From an uncultured Bdellovibrio sp. (GTDB lineage Bacteria; Bdellovibrionota; Bdellovibrionia; Bdellovibrionales; Bdellovibrionaceae): DNA of 64,000 nucleotides. The stretch spans positions 1-64,000 of the forward strand of contig CAWVRN010000012.1 of NCBI GenBank assembly GCA_963932905.1, read 5' to 3'. The position numbers and the translations under genes are program-made. Shown one piece after another: positions 58,877 through 64,000 of the stretch (position 1 is its first letter; each line of letters opens with the position of its first letter). A model generated the notes under the pieces. It was not told where the DNA came from and did not search any database. It was given only the letters and a program-made list of their open reading frames with translations.

Positions 58877-60330
58877 GGACACCAAGGGGCCGTGTCCATT
58901 TGTTCTAACGATTCTTCATAAAAGTAAAAGTTAGATGGCTTTGCTCGTGAAACAGAACCAACTTGGTTGCCGATGATGGTGAATACAAAATGTCCTTCTG
59001 TCGTAGTGTGCGTTAGGCGTTTTGAAGTTTGCACCAAATTCGAATCAAACTTAACGTCAACTTGAGGCTCGATAAATAGTGCACGTTTTACCGAACGTAC
59101 ATTTTTATTGGCGCCCGAAACGGTAGAGCCGGAGGACAGTTCACCTTGATTCCATTTTTTAGGATTCGTAATACATTTAGGGACAACAGAATAGCGATGG
59201 TAGTCCTTGTCCTTAACGATATCTAAAATAAACAGTGAAGATTGAAACGCGGACGAATTTTTTAACATCTGTATGTATTCGTCCACATTTTTAGCATTAT
59301 CAAATCCAGTCGTGGCTTCCTCTTGGTCGCTGATTGAAGCAGGGATTTTTTGTGCACACGTGGTATTTTCAGCATTGATATCGCGCGGATTCCGGACACA
59401 CAACGCCTGAGTGTACTGAAAATGATCTGGCAAATAATTTGGCAAATCTAGATTCACATTAATTTTAACACTTTTATTAAACGCATCTTTAAACGCGCTA
59501 GATTTCAATATAGTTAAAAATTCAGGTGTCGCATATGACTGAGCAAATCCAATCACTTCGTTGCGAGCGTTCAATACCGGGCTGCCCGAATTGCCTTGTA
59601 TAATACTGCATGGGCTGTATGAATTTTCCGGCTTCACGGCCAGGCCTGTTTCGGCCCATTGGTTGTAATACTTTGAATTTAATAAACTGCCCGTCAGTGT
59701 TTGGCAGCGAGCATAGTCTAAATAGCCATCCAATGTTTTTGAATTCGGAGGAGGATTAACCTTACGAACAGAAACCAGTTGCTTTCCGTCAGTAGGAGAT
59801 GTTGCTAGTGGCAAGACCACACGATTCACCGGTTTGATTCGAAAAAACGCATAGTCAGCGTTGATAGCAAAAACACTGGCCTCTTTAATATTACTTCTGT
59901 AAATAATTTCCGTACATGAACGAATCTCTGTTGGATGTCCGGGCGTTTCAGGAAATCGAATGGCAAGAGTTTCGCCACATGACGAGCGATTTTCCCACAT
60001 TGCGTCCGTAATACAGTGTGAATTCAAAGCCACGATATCATTCGATCCATATAGGAATCCCGTACATCGACCCATTTTATATGAGCTATTTTTGGGAACG
60101 TAGCCATCTCGAGCAAATGCGACTAATCCAATAGATTCGAAATCAGTTTTATTCGATTCGCACTCACTATTTGCGCATTTTAGAATTGCCGCACTTAATT
60201 CTTTGCCGAGCGGACTATTCGCATCGTAAGTTGGAAACGGATCATGCGTTTCCGTGTCGTTGTTTTTAGCGCAACTGATAGTCAGTAAAGCGGCAGATAA
60301 TAATGTGATAGAAAGAAATTTAAACCCCAT
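58873..60330 (-). CDS. Trypsin-like serine protease lipoprotein
   Basis: Lipobox ISC; CTGF..ALNSHC; ADYA; GNSGSP. Confidence 0.85.
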   Translation of the reverse strand: MGFKFLSITLLSAALLTISCAKNNDTETHDPFPTYDANSPLGKELSAAILKCANSECESNKTDFESIGLVAFARDGYVPKNSSYKMGRCTGFLYGSNDIVALNSHCITDAMWENRSSCGETLAIRFPETPGHPTEIRSCTEIIYRSNIKEASVFAINADYAFFRIKPVNRVVLPLATSPTDGKQLVSVRKVNPPPNSKTLDGYLDYARCQTLTGSLLNSKYYNQWAETGLAVKPENSYSPCSIIQGNSGSPVLNARNEVIGFAQSYATPEFLTILKSSAFKDAFNKSVKINVNLDLPNYLPDHFQYTQALCVRNPRDINAENTTCAQKIPASISDQEEATTGFDNAKNVDEYIQMLKNSSAFQSSLFILDIVKDKDYHRYSVVPKCITNPKKWNQGELSSGSTVSGANKNVRSVKRALFIEPQVDVKFDSNLVQTSKRLTHTTTEGHFVFTIIGNQVGSVSRAKPSNFYFYEESLEQMDTAPWCP

Positions 60331-60456
60331 GTCCCGTCCCCAATTTAAGATGGGTCCGAGCCTAACATAGTCTGTTTAATTTTTCTGAAAAAAGTGGAAA
60401 GATGAAAGGATTTCTGTTTCAAAGGAATTTTTTCAAATGAAACAGTCATTTAAATC

Positions 60457-60480
60457 AACCCCTAGTTTGCCTAGGGGTTT
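60457..60480 (-). terminator. Stem-loop terminator downstream of the DHS-like gene
   Basis: aacccctag-tttgc-ctaggggtt. Confidence 0.65.
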
Positions 60481-60496
60481 CAATAAGATAGAAATA

Positions 60497-61468
60497 CTAT
60501 TGGCCTAAAACGTACGCAAAAATCAACGGCGCTACGATAGAAGCGTCTGATTCAATGACAAACTTAGGTGTATCAACAGCTAATTTACCCCACGTAATTT
60601 TCTCGTTAGGGATAGCGCCGCTGTAGGACCCGTATGATGTCGTAGAATCACTGATTTGAGCAAAGTAGCTCCACAAAGGAACTTCCGTGTACTGTAAATC
60701 TTGAGCTAACATAGGAACTACGCAGATTGGGAAATCGCCCGCGATACCGCCGCCGATTTGGAAGAAACCAACTGGGTTTTTAGTCGCAGTGGCCATGTAC
60801 CATTCAGAGAACGCCATCATGTACTCAATGCCGCCTTTAACTAAGTTAGGGCTCTTTAGATCGCCTTTAAGAAGGTGACCAGTAAAGATGTTACCAACAG
60901 TTGAATCTTCCCATCCAGGAACAACCATCGGAAGATTTTTTTCAGCAGCAGCCAACAACCAAGAATCTTTCGGATCGATTTGGTAATACTGCTTTAATTT
61001 TCCAGACAATAAAATTTTGTACATGAATTCATGAGGGAAGAAACGTTGACCTGCTTTTTCAGCCGCAACCCATTCTTCAAGAACCGCTTTTTCGATACGA
61101 CGAATCGCTTCTTCTTCAGGGATGCATGTGTCAGTTACGCGATTTAAATGGCGCTCAAGCAATGCTTGTTCATCTTGTGGAGTTAAGTCGCGGTAGTTAG
61201 GGATCACTTCGTAATGATCATGCGCTACCAAGTTAAATACGTCTTCTTCAAGGTTCGCACCAGTACAAGAAATCGCGTGGATTTTACCTTGGCGAATCAT
61301 TTCAGCTACGCTGATACCCAGTTCAGCCGAGCTCATCGCTCCAGCCATAGTTAGAAGAACTTTACCATTATTGTTGATCAAAGTTTTGTAACCTTGAGCC
61401 GCATCTTTCAACGCACGAGCATTGAAATGGCGATAGTGGTGATCGATAAAATTAGAAATTGTAGACAT
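60497..61468 (-). CDS. Deoxyhypusine synthase-family protein
   Basis: AGAMS; TGANLEED; GGGIAGDF; GSYSGA..NEKITWGK; SDASIV. Confidence 0.93.
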   Translation of the reverse strand: MSTISNFIDHHYRHFNARALKDAAQGYKTLINNNGKVLLTMAGAMSSAELGISVAEMIRQGKIHAISCTGANLEEDVFNLVAHDHYEVIPNYRDLTPQDEQALLERHLNRVTDTCIPEEEAIRRIEKAVLEEWVAAEKAGQRFFPHEFMYKILLSGKLKQYYQIDPKDSWLLAAAEKNLPMVVPGWEDSTVGNIFTGHLLKGDLKSPNLVKGGIEYMMAFSEWYMATATKNPVGFFQIGGGIAGDFPICVVPMLAQDLQYTEVPLWSYFAQISDSTTSYGSYSGAIPNEKITWGKLAVDTPKFVIESDASIVAPLIFAYVLGQ

Positions 61469-61527
61469 ACGAAACTCCTCGAATTTTCTAGAGGGAATCG
61501 GATATCACAGTTTCTAGTGCGATACTA

Positions 61528-62652
61528 CTAGTTTTGTAGCGATCCGTCCGTAGGCGGCGTCGGTGTGCCGGCGTAGTCTTTCTTAGCTAAAACTGCTTTC
61601 GATAAGAATCCAAAAATCCGCTCGATAACGTGCATATTGTTTTCTTGAACCATGCCTTCGATAGGATGTTGGGTGTAATTTTTATAGAAGGGTTCGTGAA
61701 AGTCTTTAGGGAATATATCTAAAGCCCAATCCAAATCCTGATCATCTTGATTCTGAAGGGAATCCACGAAACCCCACAGTCCCGCGGGTTTTAAAACACG
61801 CTGACTTTCATTTAACGTTTGCTTGCGCACACCTTCGGGCAATTCGTGATACAGGTAACATGAATAAACCAGATCAAACGTTTCGTTTTTAAATGGCAAG
61901 TCTTCCGCATGCGCCTGAATAAAATTAATGCCTTGTAAATCAGCTAAATTTTCCTGCGTCTTTTTCAAATACGATGAGCTCATGTCAGAGGCGGTTATTT
62001 TGGCTTTGGGAAACGTCAGTTTCATAAATCGAGTCAGGATGCCTGTGCCGCAGCCCAGTTCTAGGAACTGCATGCCTTCACCGTCATTCGGGATTTGTTT
62101 CTTCAATAGTGGCAGGATCAAGCGGCGCATAGCGTGTGAAGAACCGCCAAACAGGATTTCTACTTGATGGTCGTAAAGTTCAGCTGATTCCGGTGAAAAA
62201 TAGCCATTAGTTTGAAAATGATAATTGCGTTTCGAGTAGTCGGGTGCCGATTGAATATCCGCATCCGCTTTGTCATCAAATTCATGGGCGATTTTATTAG
62301 TGCGACGCCTTGAAATTTTAACGGCGTCAGTGAATACATTCACTAACGATTTAAAATGCTGCAACGGACTTTCCAAATTTAAAACTGAGTAGGGGTAAAC
62401 ACCCGACGCCATGTTTTCTGCATCTTGTTTCAAAAGTTCAAAAACTTTGGCATAGGTTAACGAGACTTTTTCGCGATCCAAGTTTTTATACGGTTTGTTT
62501 TTTCGATTAACGGCGAATTCGATCCAAGGAATCGCCCATTGTTCAGCCGCGTAACTGGCCGAGCGACCTAACGAGTACAGCAGGGCTGCATTCTTTTTAA
62601 CTTCGGGTAATTCGGAATCCAGTCGTTGTTTAAGCTGATCAAAAACCATCAT
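61528..62652 (-). CDS. Class I SAM-dependent methyltransferase
   Basis: NYHFQTNGY; LELGCGTG; AEDLPF..ETFD; FHEPFY. Confidence 0.9.
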   Translation of the reverse strand: MMVFDQLKQRLDSELPEVKKNAALLYSLGRSASYAAEQWAIPWIEFAVNRKNKPYKNLDREKVSLTYAKVFELLKQDAENMASGVYPYSVLNLESPLQHFKSLVNVFTDAVKISRRRTNKIAHEFDDKADADIQSAPDYSKRNYHFQTNGYFSPESAELYDHQVEILFGGSSHAMRRLILPLLKKQIPNDGEGMQFLELGCGTGILTRFMKLTFPKAKITASDMSSSYLKKTQENLADLQGINFIQAHAEDLPFKNETFDLVYSCYLYHELPEGVRKQTLNESQRVLKPAGLWGFVDSLQNQDDQDLDWALDIFPKDFHEPFYKNYTQHPIEGMVQENNMHVIERIFGFLSKAVLAKKDYAGTPTPPTDGSLQN

Positions 62653-62868
62653 AAATCCTCCGTAGGTATGCGCTCTGAAAGATCATAATGGAATATAGGG
62701 GAAATTTAAAGTTTAAGTCTTGAGAGTTTCTAATTTTAACTGTTTTTCTTGCTTTTTCTTGTCAATTTTCAGTTTTAACCATTGGCGGAAGACTAAAAAT
62801 AAAATCGTGAAACCTAATGTTAGGATTCCGAGGAAAAATAAAGACATTAATGTAATACCGATCATTGT

Positions 62869-63747
62869 TTACTCCGCCAGTTTTTGAGAATCAGAATTAA
62901 TAACTTGTTTCACTATCCAAGACGCCGCCGCTAAACCAAATGCACCGGTGACAAACGAAGCTGAACCATTAATTAAATTTTTATTGTCGCAAGTATTAAA
63001 TCCATTTTGCCCTTGAGGACAAACGCATTTAAACCCTTGTCCGTTATCATACGCCAGATCCACTGGCATGGTCGGGTGTTCAGGTGACCAAACACATGTA
63101 ATGCCGAAATCGCCCGAGATTTTTGGAAAGCCATACTCTTGGCGCAAGATACGACGAACAGCGACGCACATGGGGTCGACTTCAGTGGAAGCTAGGTCCG
63201 TAATTTTGATGCAGGTTGGGTCCATTTTCGCTGCGGAACCGCCCGATGTGATTGTTTTAATTTTTTTCTCTTTCAACGTCGCCAGCAAGTGGCATTTCGC
63301 AGTCATATTGTCCGAAGCATCGAAAACATAGTCTGGATTTTTAGCTAAGATTTCTTCGCTGGTGTCCTTGTTGTAAAATATCGGCATGGCTTCCACTTGA
63401 ATTTGTGGATTAATTTTTTGAATACGTTCCGCCATCACAACGGCTTTCTTTTTACCGATCATCCCGGAAATTGAATGCAGCTGACGGTTAGTATTCGTAA
63501 TGCAAACTTCGTCGTAATCAACCAAAGTCATTTTGCCAACGCCTGAACGCGCTAACGATTCTGCGGCCCATGAACCCACGCCGCCAAGACCAATAATCAT
63601 CACGTGCGTGTGCGCTAGTTTTTCCATATTCGCATCGCCAATCAAGCGACCCATACGATCAAAGCGACGGTGCATCACGTATGGTGATTCCTGTATTTGC
63701 GTAGGAGAGGGTGGTGCTTGAGTTGGTTGTGTCTGGTCCGTTTGCAT
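62869..63747 (-). CDS. tcdA: tRNA threonylcarbamoyladenosine dehydratase (ThiF family)
   Basis: GLGGVGSW; D.D.VCITNTNRQ; K.DPT; SFVTGAFG. Confidence 0.88.
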   Translation of the reverse strand: MQTDQTQPTQAPPSPTQIQESPYVMHRRFDRMGRLIGDANMEKLAHTHVMIIGLGGVGSWAAESLARSGVGKMTLVDYDEVCITNTNRQLHSISGMIGKKKAVVMAERIQKINPQIQVEAMPIFYNKDTSEEILAKNPDYVFDASDNMTAKCHLLATLKEKKIKTITSGGSAAKMDPTCIKITDLASTEVDPMCVAVRRILRQEYGFPKISGDFGITCVWSPEHPTMPVDLAYDNGQGFKCVCPQGQNGFNTCDNKNLINGSASFVTGAFGLAAASWIVKQVINSDSQKLAE

Positions 63748-63786
63748 TCTAAACCTTTCCGTTCTTTTCCGGGGGTGTCTTTTGAT

Positions 63787-64000
63787 TCATCTTCGACAAA
63801 AGACTCTTAAAAAGTTTCTGCTACTTATATCAAGAATTTCCTCGGCGTCCATATTTCTTAGCTCACCTATAGTTTTTGCAACATCTAATAGGGTTTTAGG
63901 CGGGTTTTCGCCCTTATTATAAGCAGGAGGAGGCTGGTCAGGGGAATCTGTTTCTAAACATAGGAATTCTAACGGCAAATTCTGAGCTAACTTACGGGCT
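63787..64000 (-). CDS. tatD: TatD-family hydrolase, C-terminal part (partial)
   Basis: PLE.LCLETDSPDQ...N.P..L..VA; runs off the window. Confidence 0.85.
   Translation of the reverse strand, partial: ARKLAQNLPLEFLCLETDSPDQPPPAYNKGENPPKTLLDVAKTIGELRNMDAEEILDISSRNFLRVFCRR

Noticed and set aside
563..63721. Numerous 60-170 aa ORFs antisense to or nested in long genes
   Set aside because: Shadow ORFs of well-supported genes with no independent signals.
1..64000. CRISPR array, rRNA or integron attC array
   Set aside because: No regularly spaced repeat-spacer series, rRNA-like sequence or cas/intI genes seen.

Overview
The window looks like a Bdellovibrionota (Bdellovibrio-like predator) chromosome segment; this is inferred from gene content, not proven. 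Left third (1-22.5 kb): an integrative conjugative element inserted at the 3' end of tRNA-Arg(TCG) (22464-22540, minus strand). It carries a compact T4SS with no VirB11, a coupling protein, a MOB_C-type relaxase, a ~110-nt rod hairpin (oriT/sso candidate) and a large serine recombinase whose ORF runs antisense through the whole tRNA. Its cargo includes a DUF4011/SF1-helicase/Vsr (Hhe-like) defence gene apparently clipped by an IS21-like end. Just past the tRNA is a four-gene operon: nucleotidyltransferase, membrane protein with a 7-Cys Gly/Ser tail, DUF692/MNIO enzyme, small helical partner. This is the best candidate for an undescribed protein-modification system. Further right are a secreted lysozyme-like/beta-barrel cluster, an ECF sigma with an anti-sigma-vWA protein flanked by palindromic repeats, and a DUF3015x2-DUF4105 locus. 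A 4.0-kb transposase-free cassette (50632-54639) is bounded by perfect 24-bp inverted repeats and a 7-bp target duplication. The rest is housekeeping. Family names come from recognising motifs by eye; no searches were run.
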